Shown here one piece after another: positions 1-9,601 of a stretch of DNA of 64,000 nt. Position 1 is the stretch's first letter. Each line of letters starts with the position of its first letter. The stretch is taken from NCBI GenBank assembly GCA_965198005.1, contig CBDAOI010000003.1, positions 928,001 through 992,000 of the forward strand. The letters run 5' to 3'. A program made the position numbers and the translations under genes. The notes under the pieces were generated by a model. The model searched no databases. It was not told the origin of the DNA and saw nothing but the letters and a program-made list of their open reading frames with translations. The DNA comes from Spirochaetia bacterium (GTDB taxonomy: Bacteria > Spirochaetota > Spirochaetia > SZUA-6 > Bin103).

Positions 1-1
1 A

Positions 2-493
2 ATGATCTACCCGGCGATCTGGTGGGGCTGGGCGCCGCCGCTGGAGCTGGTTTTCTTCACCGAAGACCCGCTGGGGAATCTCGCGGTGTTCCTCATTCCC
101 AGCCTGATTCTGGGAACGGCCTCGGCGGCCGCGACCATGCGGATGACCCGCACCATGATGTTGGAGGTGCTCCGGCAGGACTATATCCGGACGGCCTGGT
201 CCAAGGGGTTGAAGGAGCGGGCCGTGGTGGTCCGACACGCCGTCAAGAACGCCCTCATCCCGGTGGTGTCCCTGATCGGCCTGCAGTTGCCGATCCTGGT
301 CGGGGGCGCCGTGATCATGGAGAACATCTTCAACCTGCCGGGGCTCGGGCGCCTCCTGCTGAATGCCCTCAACGACAGAGACTACCCGATGGTCTCCGGA
401 ATCAACCTGTTCTTCGCCACTGGGGTCGTGGTAATCAATCTGCTCATCGACCTGATCTACGCGGTCCTGGACCCCAGGGTCCGCTATGACTGA
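2..493 (+). CDS. ABC transporter permease, DppB/OppB family (5' part outside window)
   Basis: EAA-region motif RMTRTMMLEVLRQDYIRTAWSKGL and C-terminal DPRVRY; paralogue of 53848-54846. Confidence 0.92.
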   Translation: MIYPAIWWGWAPPLELVFFTEDPLGNLAVFLIPSLILGTASAAATMRMTRTMMLEVLRQDYIRTAWSKGLKERAVVVRHAVKNALIPVVSLIGLQLPILVGGAVIMENIFNLPGLGRLLLNALNDRDYPMVSGINLFFATGVVVINLLIDLIYAVLDPRVRYD

Positions 494-1360
494 TTTCTTT
501 CGCAGGCTGATCAAGGAGAAGCCGCTGAGCATCATCGCCGGGGTGGTCATCCTGCTGTTGATGCTCGTGGCGATCTTTGCCGATGTTCTGGCGTCCTTTC
601 CGCATGATGAAGTCAACATCGTAGACCGGATGCAGGCCCCCTCGGGCCGGTATCTGTTGGGGACCGACCAGTTGGGGCGCGACCTGCTGAGCCGCCTTAT
701 CTTCGGCGCTCAGATCTCTCTGACCGTCGGTCTGGCGGCGACCGCTGTCAATGTCGTGGTGGCGGTGCTGATCGGCGGACCTTCAGGATTCTTTGGCGGT
801 AGATTGGACCTGGCGGCGCAGAGATTTGTCGACGCCTGGATGGCGTTTCCAGGCCTGCTGCTGTTGCTCACCATCATGTCCCTCTGGGGCGGGGTTTGCC
901 GCAGATCATCGTGGTGTTGGGGGTAACGGGCGGCATCGGCGGCTCGCGCGTAATCCGCGGCGCGGTTATTGGGGTAAAGGAGAACGTCTATTTTCAGGCG
1001 GCAGAGGCGATCGGCAGCACCAGGTGGAGAACCCTCATCCGCCACGTCCTGCCCAATATCGGCGCTCCGATCATCATCGTGTTCACCATCAACGTCGGGG
1101 CAGTGATCATCAGCGAGGCAGCGTTGAGCTTTTTGGGATTCGGTCTACCGATCTCGGTTCCCAGCTGGGGAGGGATGCTGAGCCGGGAAGGGCGTGAGTT
1201 CATGGAGGTGGCGCCACGGCTGGCGCTCTGGCCGGGGCTGTGCCTGACGATCGTTGTTTACTGTCTGAACATGTTCGGCGACGCGGTGCGGGATCTGCTC
1301 GACCCGCGGCTGCGTGGTAGCGGCGGGCGCCTGGGTGCCGCTGCCGCGAGGGCCGTCTAA
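486..1360 (+). pseudogene. ABC transporter permease, DppC/OppC family, frameshifted
   Basis: ORFs 486-926 and 896-1360 together align with intact DppC 54865-55797; 1-nt loss near 884 (tccctctggggcgg vs tccctggtggggcgg); could be a sequencing error. Confidence 0.85.
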
Positions 1361-1413
1361 GCGAGGCCACGAGTGCCACCGACCGCGATGAGCAGACGCG
1401 CATACTCAGGGAG

Positions 1414-1596
1414 ATGTGGCTCCGCTGGGCGAGACTGTACCCCAGGGTGCCTACCGTTATACCCCCACTCCTTGCCGTCTGGCACCCGTATGTCAAAGGC
1501 TTCAGCGGTGAAATGGTCGCGTCAATTCACAATGACGCGCCGATATGGGCCAGGGTCTGGATTGACCAGGACAAGAAGAGAGAAATGGGGTACTAG
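1414..1596 (+). pseudogene. C-terminal remnant of family-5 substrate-binding protein
   Basis: Ends WHPYVKGFSGE...VWIDQDKKREMGY, matching the ends WIDSELKEAMGH (53359) and WIDQDLRARMGH (44113); lies upstream of a dppB. Confidence 0.75.
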
Positions 1597-1619
1597 GCTC
1601 ATTTCTGTGTGACCCTTCT

Positions 1620-1660
1620 GAAAAGGGAGTTGGGGTGCCCAGCGTGCCAACTCCCTTTTC
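1620..1660 (+). terminator. Hairpin after SBP remnant (terminator or mRNA-stabilising stem)
   Basis: Perfect 14-bp inverted repeat gaaaagggagttgg / ccaactcccttttc. Confidence 0.75.
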
Positions 1661-1720
1661 TATTCACCGAGCCACCCCACGACGCGATAATGCCAAGAGA
1701 AGGCCGCTTCCCCAGATAAA

Positions 1721-2998
1721 ATGCGTGGCTACATAATCAGGCGATTGTTGCTCATCATACCCACGCTGTGGGTATTGGCGAGCATCGTCTTTTTGACGCT
1801 ACGTTTCATCCCGGGTGATGCAGTAGACGTCATGGCAAGCATGCAAGAACAGCGCGGCTCTCTGGACCGTGAAGCAATTGCGCGCATCATGGGACTGGAC
1901 GTACCGACGCACGTGCAGTACGTACGCTGGATGGGAGGCCTTGCACGCGGTGATCTCGGTAAGTCATTGTTTGGCTTTACACCGGTGATCGATCTGATGC
2001 GCCCCAGACTGGCGGTCACCTTCGAGCTTGGCCTCATGGCTCTCTTGATTTCGCTGGCAGTAGCCCTACCCATTGGGATTTCCTCGGCCGTACGGCAGGA
2101 TAGCTTGGGCGACTATGCAGAGCGTAGCTTGGCGATCGTCTTCATTTCAGTTCCCACGTTCTGGATGGCAACCGTAGTGTTGCTCTATCCGTCGGTGTGG
2201 TGGGGGTGGTCTCCACAGGTAAGACTCATCCGTTTTGCTGAAGACCCGTGGGGAAACGTGGTGCAGTTCCTCATTCCCGCTTCTGTTCTGGGCATGGTTA
2301 CCAGTGGAACCATCATGCGGATGACGCGCACCATGATGCTGGAGGTACTGCGGCAAGACTACATCAGGACTGCCTGGTCCAAGGGACTGAGGGAGAGGTC
2401 CGTGATCATAGGACACGCTCTGAAAAATGCCTTTATCCCGGTAATCACGATGGTAGGCCTGGAGGTGCCCCTTCTGGTGGGCGGCTCGGTGATCATAGAG
2501 CGGATATTCAACCTCCCCGGGATGGGGAATTTGCTGCTGCAAGCGCTCAGTACCAGAGACTATCCTGTGGTCTCTGCAGTAAACCTTGTTTTCGCCACCG
2601 CAGTCATGGCAATTGCCGTATTCTCCGGGGTGCTGCCGAGACCTGCGGCGTTGGACACGGGCGAGGGGGTGCTGCCTGTATGCGTCAAGGCGGGCACGGC
2701 GGTCCTCTTCGACCGCAGGATCTGGCACCGGCGCGGCGTCAACACCTCGGACGTGAGTCGTCGCGCCATCATGTTTGGCTACAGCTATCGCTGGCTGCGC
2801 GGGCTCGACTATAACTCGGTGCCTGCGGAGGTGCTCGCCAAGTGTGACCCCATTCGCCGCCAGCTGCTGGGCGATGGCGTCAACTACAAGGGATGGTGGC
2901 AGCCGACGGAAGCCGACGTGCCGCTAAAGGGGTGGCTGCGCGATCATCGGGGCGAGGAACACCCAGAGTACAGCCAGCGCGACGACGAGCTCGCCTGA
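1721..2998 (+). CDS. DppB-family permease fused in frame to the C-terminal part of a PhyH-like 2OG-Fe(II) dioxygenase (chimera)
   Basis: DppB similarity to ~2610 without the usual DPRVRY end, then KAGTAVLFDRRIWHRRGVNTSD...GYSYRW typical of PhyH C-termini. Confidence 0.75.
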   Translation: MRGYIIRRLLLIIPTLWVLASIVFLTLRFIPGDAVDVMASMQEQRGSLDREAIARIMGLDVPTHVQYVRWMGGLARGDLGKSLFGFTPVIDLMRPRLAVTFELGLMALLISLAVALPIGISSAVRQDSLGDYAERSLAIVFISVPTFWMATVVLLYPSVWWGWSPQVRLIRFAEDPWGNVVQFLIPASVLGMVTSGTIMRMTRTMMLEVLRQDYIRTAWSKGLRERSVIIGHALKNAFIPVITMVGLEVPLLVGGSVIIERIFNLPGMGNLLLQALSTRDYPVVSAVNLVFATAVMAIAVFSGVLPRPAALDTGEGVLPVCVKAGTAVLFDRRIWHRRGVNTSDVSRRAIMFGYSYRWLRGLDYNSVPAEVLAKCDPIRRQLLGDGVNYKGWWQPTEADVPLKGWLRDHRGEEHPEYSQRDDELA

Positions 2999-3027
2999 CT
3001 CCATGCCGCGGAACGGCACTTTATCCA

Positions 3028-3444
3028 TCACTCTTTCAGGCGATCCTGGAGCGGCTCGGGCTCATCGTCGGAGGGCCCCGCATTCTCAGGGACGTCGAGG
3101 TCAGCGAGGGGCACGCCCAGGGCGCGAGCTACGGCGAGCATGCGGCCGTCGTAGCTGGCAAGCGACGCCAGATGCAGCGCATCCAGCGTCCTCGCGGACA
3201 CTGGAAAGGCGTCCAGGGCGCGCGCGAGCACCGTCGGAGACAGCTCCAGCAGCGCGACACGCCCGACGAGTTCGCGAGCCGCCTCTCCGTGCGAGTGGGC
3301 GAGGCCGCGCGCGTGCAGCCGGGTCCAGATCTCATACACCAGCAACCGGCTCGCCACCAGGGTCTCACTCCAAAGCGAGGCCGGCGGGCGGCGATCCTCG
3401 GCCAACAGATGCGCGAGCGCTACGGACGTATCGAGGTAGATCAA
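3028..3444 (-). CDS. vapC: PIN-domain (VapC-like) toxin
   Basis: MIYLDTS N-terminus and RTLDALHLASL motif; overlaps the antitoxin stop. Confidence 0.85.
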   Translation of the reverse strand: MIYLDTSVALAHLLAEDRRPPASLWSETLVASRLLVYEIWTRLHARGLAHSHGEAARELVGRVALLELSPTVLARALDAFPVSARTLDALHLASLASYDGRMLAVARALGVPLADLDVPENAGPSDDEPEPLQDRLKE

Positions 3445-3734
3445 CGTGCGCTTCTATCCTCCCCCAGTTCCGCGAGCAGCTCGTGCAACGGTGCGACGGC
3501 TGGGGGTGTCGGAGGCGGGGCGGACGAGGTCAGGACTGGTGGTGTGAGCCAGCCATTCCGCACTGCATCGGCCAGCACCGCATCGGCCAGCAACGGACTC
3601 CTCGTCGCGTGCGGGGGACCGAGCTCGGCCACTATCCGGTCACGGTCCGTGATCAGAACGGTTTCGCCTGACGCCGCCACCCGCACGTACTCGCTGAGCC
3701 TGCTGTTCAGGATCTTTATGCCGACCGATCGCAT
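3441..3734 (-). CDS. Phd/YefM-family antitoxin
   Basis: MRSVGIKILNSRLSEYVRVAASGETVLITDRDRIVAEL pattern; directly upstream of the PIN gene. Confidence 0.85.
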   Translation of the reverse strand: MRSVGIKILNSRLSEYVRVAASGETVLITDRDRIVAELGPPHATRSPLLADAVLADAVRNGWLTPPVLTSSAPPPTPPAVAPLHELLAELGEDRSAR

Positions 3735-3741
3735 GGGACGT

Positions 3742-3770
3742 AGGGTAGCTCCTAGTAGCTACCTCGTCAA
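3742..3770 (-). promoter_or_regulatory. Sigma70-like promoter with palindromic operator for the TA operon
   Basis: Minus strand TTGACG (3770-3765), 17-nt spacer, TACCCT (3747-3742); inverted repeat ggtagct-N6-agctacc at 3744-3763. Confidence 0.6.
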
Positions 3771-3858
3771 GGTGTTTCGGCGTATTCCTGAGTCGCAACA
3801 TCTACGCCGTGCGCCGGTCGCTGCTGGCGCTGGTCCTGGTCAGCGGTCAGGTGCGCGC

Positions 3859-6078
3859 TCAGCGGGTCGCGGTGACCAGCAGGCTGGCGGCGGTCCAGGG
3901 CAGGGTGGTGCCGAGCCGGCGCTCGAGTTGCCGGCGCAGGACGGCGATGGCGTCCTCGGCCACGCCGGCGGCGCGCAGCAGGTCGGCGTAGGAGGCGCGC
4001 TCCCGGTCAGGGCCGGCGCCGGCGGCGTTGGTGGCCGGGGGCGGCGGGAACCAGCGTTCGATCAGGGGGCGCGTGATCGCGAGTTGCCCCGGCTGCTCGG
4101 TGACCTCGGTCGCCAGGTCCGTGACGCATGCGGCGAGGGCGGCGCGCGCGGCGTCGCCGGTCAGCGGTTCGCGGCCGCGGTAGTGCTCCTCCTCGGCGGC
4201 GGCTACGGCCGCGCGCGTGGCCGCGTCCAGCGGCGCGAGGTCGAGCAGCCGGTGCAGGCGCGGCGTCCGTTCGGGCAGCGCCTCGGCCAGCACCAGGCGG
4301 CCGCCGGCCGCCAGCCGCGCGGCGCCCGCCCGCGCCAGGGCCGCTCCCCCGGCGGCGCGCAGCACGTTGCGGCCCACTACCGCGTCGAAGCGCACGGCGG
4401 CGTCGACCGCCGCGGGGTCCCGCACCAGGGTCGGCCGTAGCGGCGCGGGTAGGGTCGCCAACTGCGCCTGCATGCCGGCAGCCGCCCCGGCCGCCACTAT
4501 TGCGAACACCCCGCCCTCCGGGCAGCGGCGCAGCAGCTCGAAGGTCACCAGCCCGCTGCCGAGGGCGAGGTCGAGCACCACGCTGTGGCGCTGCAGCCGG
4601 GCCGCGGCCACCACCCGGTCGCGCTCCGCCGCCAGCCGCACGGCCGCGTCCGACAGCGAGCGCTCCAGCCAGTGGTCCAGCTCGCGTTGCAGCCGCGTGC
4701 CGGCGCTGGTCAGGATCGGGTCGCCGGCGGCGTCGCCTGCGCGTTCCAGGGCGGCGGCCAGATTGGCCTCGCGCCGCCGCGCCACGTCGGTGCGCAGGGT
4801 CGCCTCGTGGCCCGAATCGGTGGGCTCGTAGAAGACGCGGCCCTGCAGCTCGCGCGGCAGGTATTGCTGCGCCACCCAATGGTCGGTGTAGGCGTGCGGG
4901 TAGAGGTAGCCGGCGCCGTGTCCGAACCCCTCGGCGTCGCGACTGGCGTCGCGTAGCGGCCCGGGGACATCCCCGTCGCGTTCCTCCGCGACCGCGCGCA
5001 GGGCATCGAAGAACCCGAGCGTGCTGTTGCTCTTGGGCGCGGTGGCGAGGTACAACGCGGCCTCGGCCAGATGGAACCGGCCCTCCGGCAGCCCCACGTA
5101 GTCGAACGCCGCGGCGCAGGCTGCGGCCACCTGGATCGCCGCGGGGTCGGCCAGCCCCACGTCCTCCGCCGCCAGCACCAGCATGCGCCGGAACAGGTAG
5201 CGCGGATCCTCCCCGGCATGGACCATGCGCGCCAGCCAGTAGAGCGCGGCGTCGGGATCGGAGCCGCGCACGCTCTTGATGAACGCGCTGATCGTGTCGT
5301 AGTGGGCATCGCCCTCCTTGTCGTACAGCACTGCGCGGCGCTGAATCGACTCCTCCGCCACCGCCCGGTCGACCCGGATCACGCCGTCGGCGCCGGGCGG
5401 GGTGGTGGTGACGGCCAGCTCCAGGGCATTCAGCAGGCTGCGGGCGTCGCCGTTGCAGACGTTCAGCAGGTGGTCGAGCGCCGCCGGCGCCAACTCGGTG
5501 CGGTAGGCGCCGAGCCCCCGGTCCGGATCGGCGAGCGCCGCCCGCGCCACGCGCGCCAGATCATCCCGGCTCAGGGCCTGGAGCTGGAAAATGCGGCTGC
5601 GGCTGACCAGGGGCTTGATCACCTCGAAGTAGGGGTTCTCGGTGGTGGCGCCGATCAGCACGATCGTGCCGTTCTCGACCGACGGCAGCAGCGCGTCCTG
5701 CTGCGCCTTGTTCCAGCGGTGCACCTCGTCCACGAACAGCAGCGTGCGCCGGCCATGCAGGTCGCGCGCCTCACGCGCCGCGGTAATTGCCTCGCGTAGC
5801 TGCTTGACCCCGGCCAGCACGGCGTTCAAGGCGGTGAACCGGGCGCGGGTGGTGCCGGCGATGACCCGCGCCAGGGTGGTCTTGCCGGTACCGGGCGGTC
5901 CGTAGAAGATGATCGAGGAGATCCGGTCAGCCTGGATCGCACGCCGCAACAGGCGTCCGGGGCCGACGATGTGGTCCTGCCCCACGAACTCGTCGAGCGT
6001 CCGCGGGCGCATCCTGGCGGCCAGCGGCGCGTGGCGGTCGCGTTCGGCCGTCCCCTGCGCTTCAAACAGGTCGCTCAC
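3859..6078 (-). CDS. rarA: Replication-associated recombination protein RarA/MgsA with C-terminal methyltransferase-like extension
   Basis: PLAARMRP, Walker A GPPGTGKTT, FVDEVHRWNKAQQDALL, GATTENP, ISAFIKSVRGSDPDAA; extra domain VLDLALGSG. Confidence 0.95.
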   Translation of the reverse strand: MSDLFEAQGTAERDRHAPLAARMRPRTLDEFVGQDHIVGPGRLLRRAIQADRISSIIFYGPPGTGKTTLARVIAGTTRARFTALNAVLAGVKQLREAITAAREARDLHGRRTLLFVDEVHRWNKAQQDALLPSVENGTIVLIGATTENPYFEVIKPLVSRSRIFQLQALSRDDLARVARAALADPDRGLGAYRTELAPAALDHLLNVCNGDARSLLNALELAVTTTPPGADGVIRVDRAVAEESIQRRAVLYDKEGDAHYDTISAFIKSVRGSDPDAALYWLARMVHAGEDPRYLFRRMLVLAAEDVGLADPAAIQVAAACAAAFDYVGLPEGRFHLAEAALYLATAPKSNSTLGFFDALRAVAEERDGDVPGPLRDASRDAEGFGHGAGYLYPHAYTDHWVAQQYLPRELQGRVFYEPTDSGHEATLRTDVARRREANLAAALERAGDAAGDPILTSAGTRLQRELDHWLERSLSDAAVRLAAERDRVVAAARLQRHSVVLDLALGSGLVTFELLRRCPEGGVFAIVAAGAAAGMQAQLATLPAPLRPTLVRDPAAVDAAVRFDAVVGRNVLRAAGGAALARAGAARLAAGGRLVLAEALPERTPRLHRLLDLAPLDAATRAAVAAAEEEHYRGREPLTGDAARAALAACVTDLATEVTEQPGQLAITRPLIERWFPPPPATNAAGAGPDRERASYADLLRAAGVAEDAIAVLRRQLERRLGTTLPWTAASLLVTATR

Positions 6079-6389
6079 ACCGGCGCTGCCCCCGCTGGCG
6101 CGCCTGCAGTCGATAACTCGCCGTCGCCGGACACCGCTTCCCCCCGGATCACCACATGGTCCCGTCGGGGGCGAGGCCGAGCAGGAACCGGCCGGCGGTT
6201 TCGTAGTGTTCCATTCTGCAGATCCCGCGCGCGGCCCAGGCGCGGTTGCGCGGCAGCGGGATCGAATCGAATATCATGGCTGGACAGCGTATGCGCACAC
6301 CGCCGACCCGCACAAGCTGAACCGGCGCGTTGCTTCGACCTTCCCACGACTTACCGCACTCTGCCCTGGTGGGCTATGATCGCAGCAGG

Positions 6390-8249
6390 ATGATTCGTCG
6401 TTTCACGATCAGGGGCTTCAAGCGATTCGACCGCGAGACAAAGATCGATTTCGACGCGGTGACCGTACTGGTCGGGGCCAACAACAGCGGCAAGTCGACC
6501 ATCCTCGAAGCCTTGACGCTGTTTCAGTACTGCATTGAGACGACCCGTCGGGCCAACGGCAAGGACCCCGGCAAGAAGCAACTCGGCCTGTTGCGCCGCT
6601 CGGTGGGCCCCGACGAATTCGGCGTCCTTCCCGTAGCGAAGCCGACCGATTTGTGGCCCCATGGACAAACGACAATCGGGAAGAAAATGCAGACTATCGA
6701 GCTGCACGGCACGTACGACAATGGCGCCGAGATCGGCTTCACGTTGAGATTGAGCTACAACAGGTTCAGCATTACACCAAAGTCGACGGGAGACGTAACG
6801 GCAGCCATCAGCCAGCAGGACATCCGACTCATACCGGTGTTTTCCGGCTTTCTGCCACGCGAGGAGTATCTCACACCACCCGCGCGTCAGGAACGACTGC
6901 GGCTGCAACGGCACGGCGAGACCGTGCGCAACCTCCTGTGGGACCTGCGGGAACATCACGAGTCGCGCTGGAACAAGCTCGTGGACGTGCTCCGTGATCT
7001 GTTTCCGGAGAGCGTCTTGCGGATCAAGTTCGACGTGGACCTCGACCAGTTCCTCAACGCAACGTATCGGGACCAAGTGCTTACCCGCGAACTGGACGTG
7101 ATGGTGACCGGTTCGGGATTTCATCAGGCGCTGCAGATTCTGGTATCCGTGCTCACGCCCGGCGCCCGTACTCTGCTCCTCGACGAACCGGATGCTCATC
7201 TCCATGCCCGGCTGCAGACGCAGCTCATGGCAGTCCTGGAACGGCTCGCCGAGCAGGAGCATGCGCAATTCATCCTTGCGACTCACTCACCGCAGCTTCT
7301 CAGCGTCGCTCCCAGCGGCTCGATCAGAGTCTGTATGGACGGCACGGTCGTACCCTTCGACGTTGGGCCGGCACAGCTCGAGATGCTCGAGGATCTCGGA
7401 GCCATGGACCGCATGGAGATCGTCCCGCTCCTCACCAATCGCGCGATCGTATTCGTCGAGAACAGGAGCGATCAGAAGTTGCTCGAACGGTTTGCGCGCA
7501 AGCATTGGGGTGAGAAGAGACAGCAGGAAGTGTGGCGCGGGCTGACCTTCATGTATACGTACCAAGGACCGGTGGAAGCTCGGGTGCTCGATCTTGCCCG
7601 GCAGGTGAAGGACCTCTTGAACAGTCCCGGTGTTGCGTTGCCCCGACCCGTTCGCATGCTTGCAATCGGCGACCGTGACTACCGTACCGACCAAGTACGC
7701 CGCCGTGAGTTGCGCGCCCATACCGCCCGGGCCGGCTCCCCGGCCTACCAGCTCGATCTCACCCTGCGGTTGTGGGAGGCCAACGAGATCGAGAATTATC
7801 TCCTCGACTGGGCAGCGTTGCGTGCCGCTCTCGGTCGCCAAGCGGATGCGCTGGGCTGCGCGCAGGACTGGAGCCGGCACGAGGACGCGTTTTTCGAGGG
7901 ACTGGATTCCCTGTTGGATGGACAGCGGGAAGCGGTGCGGCAGTCCCTGGCGACACGCATTCAGAACGAGGATCGGAGACTTGCGTTGAGTACCGCCCTC
8001 GAACGCGCGGACGAGTTCCTGACGCAGGCATGGGAGGATCCCACCCGGTGGTGCGATGCAAAACAGGTGCTCGGCCAGCTTCGGGCCTGGCTTCAAGATC
8101 GGGGACTGCCCCTGAGGATCGCCGACGAGGGTATTATCGAGGCCATGGAAACGGTCCCTGCCGACGTGCGGAAGGTCCTGCGAGAATTGCAGCGGATCGC
8201 CAGTCCGCGCCCCGCCCGGCGAGCAGCACGTTCCAGGAAGGCGGTATAG
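6390..8249 (+). CDS. ABC-type ATPase fused to a TOPRIM-like nuclease domain (OLD / fused PARIS-like)
   Basis: GANNSGKST, GSG signature, LLLDEPDAHLH, ATHS; C-terminal VFVENRSD, DRD and EIENYLL motifs; ATG chosen at 6390. Confidence 0.8.
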   Translation: MIRRFTIRGFKRFDRETKIDFDAVTVLVGANNSGKSTILEALTLFQYCIETTRRANGKDPGKKQLGLLRRSVGPDEFGVLPVAKPTDLWPHGQTTIGKKMQTIELHGTYDNGAEIGFTLRLSYNRFSITPKSTGDVTAAISQQDIRLIPVFSGFLPREEYLTPPARQERLRLQRHGETVRNLLWDLREHHESRWNKLVDVLRDLFPESVLRIKFDVDLDQFLNATYRDQVLTRELDVMVTGSGFHQALQILVSVLTPGARTLLLDEPDAHLHARLQTQLMAVLERLAEQEHAQFILATHSPQLLSVAPSGSIRVCMDGTVVPFDVGPAQLEMLEDLGAMDRMEIVPLLTNRAIVFVENRSDQKLLERFARKHWGEKRQQEVWRGLTFMYTYQGPVEARVLDLARQVKDLLNSPGVALPRPVRMLAIGDRDYRTDQVRRRELRAHTARAGSPAYQLDLTLRLWEANEIENYLLDWAALRAALGRQADALGCAQDWSRHEDAFFEGLDSLLDGQREAVRQSLATRIQNEDRRLALSTALERADEFLTQAWEDPTRWCDAKQVLGQLRAWLQDRGLPLRIADEGIIEAMETVPADVRKVLRELQRIASPRPARRAARSRKAV

Positions 8250-8251
8250 AG

Positions 8252-9583
8252 ATGGAAGAGTCCAACCGGCTGGCGTTGCGGACCAAGCTGGGGTACGGCG
8301 TCGGCGACCTCGGCGGCAACCTGTTCTTTACGATCATGGGGTTCTGGCTGCTCAACTTCGTGACCGACACGCTGGGGCTGGCGGCCTCGCTGGCCGGGCT
8401 GGCGCTGCTGGTCGGCCGGGTGTGGGACGCGGTGACCGATCCGCTGATAGGCTCGCTCTCCGACCGCACCGTGTCGCGCTGGGGGCGCCGCCGCCCCTAC
8501 CTGCTGTTCGGGGCGGCCGCGGTGGTGGGCGGCATGACCCTGGTGTTCCTGGACGTGGGCGGGCGCGGCTGGAGCGACGCGGCCCTGTTCGCCTGGGTGG
8601 TGTTCGCCTTCTGCGTGGTCAACACCGCCTACACCGTGGTGTACGTGCCGTACGGGGCGCTGACGCCGGAGCTGGCGCGCGGGTTTCAGGAGCGCACCAA
8701 CCTCACCGGCTACCGCATGGCCTGGGCGATCGTCGGCACCCTGCTCGGCGCCGGGGCGTTCACGCTGGTGGCCGATGCGGCCGGGTACGCGGCCGCGGGC
8801 GCGGCGTTCGGGCTGCTCACGGCGGCGGTGGTGCTGATCACCTTCGCGTCGGTGCGCGAGCGGCCGGTGGCGCCGCAGCGGGTGCCGGTGGGCAACCTGT
8901 TCGCGAGCTACGCGGCGGCGCTGCGGGTGCGGCCGTTCCTGCTGGCGCTGGTGCCGTGGACGCTGTTCATGACCGGCATCGTGATCGCCACCAGCGCGGT
9001 GCCGTTCTACTTCGAGCACCTCTACGGGCGTCCGGAGCTGGCCCGGTTCGCGTCGCTGGTGCTGCTGCTGGCCGCGTTTGCCGCGATCCCGGTGTGGGTG
9101 CGGCTGTCGCGGCGGCTCGGCAAGCGCACCGCCTACAACGCCGGCATGGTGCTGTTCGGCGGCGCCCTGCTGGCGGCGTACCTGGTCGCCCACCGCGACG
9201 TGACCGCGCTGTTCGTGGTGATGGCGGTGGCGGGGGTGGGGCTGGCCACCAACTACGTCATGCCCTGGTCGATCATCCCCGACGTGGTGGACTACGACGA
9301 GTTGCACCACGGCCAGCGGCGCGAGGGGGTGTTCTACGGCATGTGGACCTTCCTGCAGAAGCTGGGGCTGGGGCTGGCCGGCGCCGTCAGCGGCGCGGTG
9401 CTGCAGTGGACCGGCTACGTGCCCGACGTGGCGCAGACGCCGCTGGCGCTGCACGGTATCCGGCTGTTGATCGGGCCGATCCCCGTCCTGTTCCTGCTGG
9501 CCGGGATTCTGGTGCTGCACCGCTACCCGATCGACCGCGCCACCCATCGCGCGATCGCGGCCAAGTTGGAAGCGGCCTCGTAA
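8252..9583 (+). CDS. MFS transporter, glycoside-pentoside-hexuronide (GPH) family
   Basis: KLGYGVGD, WDAVTDPLIGSLSDRTVSRWGRRRPY, DVVDYDE...RREG; many TM segments. Confidence 0.92.
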   Translation: MEESNRLALRTKLGYGVGDLGGNLFFTIMGFWLLNFVTDTLGLAASLAGLALLVGRVWDAVTDPLIGSLSDRTVSRWGRRRPYLLFGAAAVVGGMTLVFLDVGGRGWSDAALFAWVVFAFCVVNTAYTVVYVPYGALTPELARGFQERTNLTGYRMAWAIVGTLLGAGAFTLVADAAGYAAAGAAFGLLTAAVVLITFASVRERPVAPQRVPVGNLFASYAAALRVRPFLLALVPWTLFMTGIVIATSAVPFYFEHLYGRPELARFASLVLLLAAFAAIPVWVRLSRRLGKRTAYNAGMVLFGGALLAAYLVAHRDVTALFVVMAVAGVGLATNYVMPWSIIPDVVDYDELHHGQRREGVFYGMWTFLQKLGLGLAGAVSGAVLQWTGYVPDVAQTPLALHGIRLLIGPIPVLFLLAGILVLHRYPIDRATHRAIAAKLEAAS

Positions 9584-9601
9584 CGTGGTACCCTAACCGC
9601 C

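Noticed and set aside
880-900. Programmed frameshift in dppC
   Set aside because: Single-base loss beside a G run with no slippery heptamer; mutation or sequencing error is simpler
2893-4440. Long ORF 2893-4440 and similar Arg/Ala/Gly-rich shadow ORFs (e.g. 9593-11206, 22494-24092, 39673-41505, 49337-51382)
   Set aside because: Antisense or off-frame to well-supported genes; expected in high-GC DNA
7772-8251. Long N-terminal extensions of the MFS, peroxiredoxin (24542), dppC (43474) and pucL (27825) ORFs
   Set aside because: They overlap other genes or promoters; family similarity begins at the downstream starts used here
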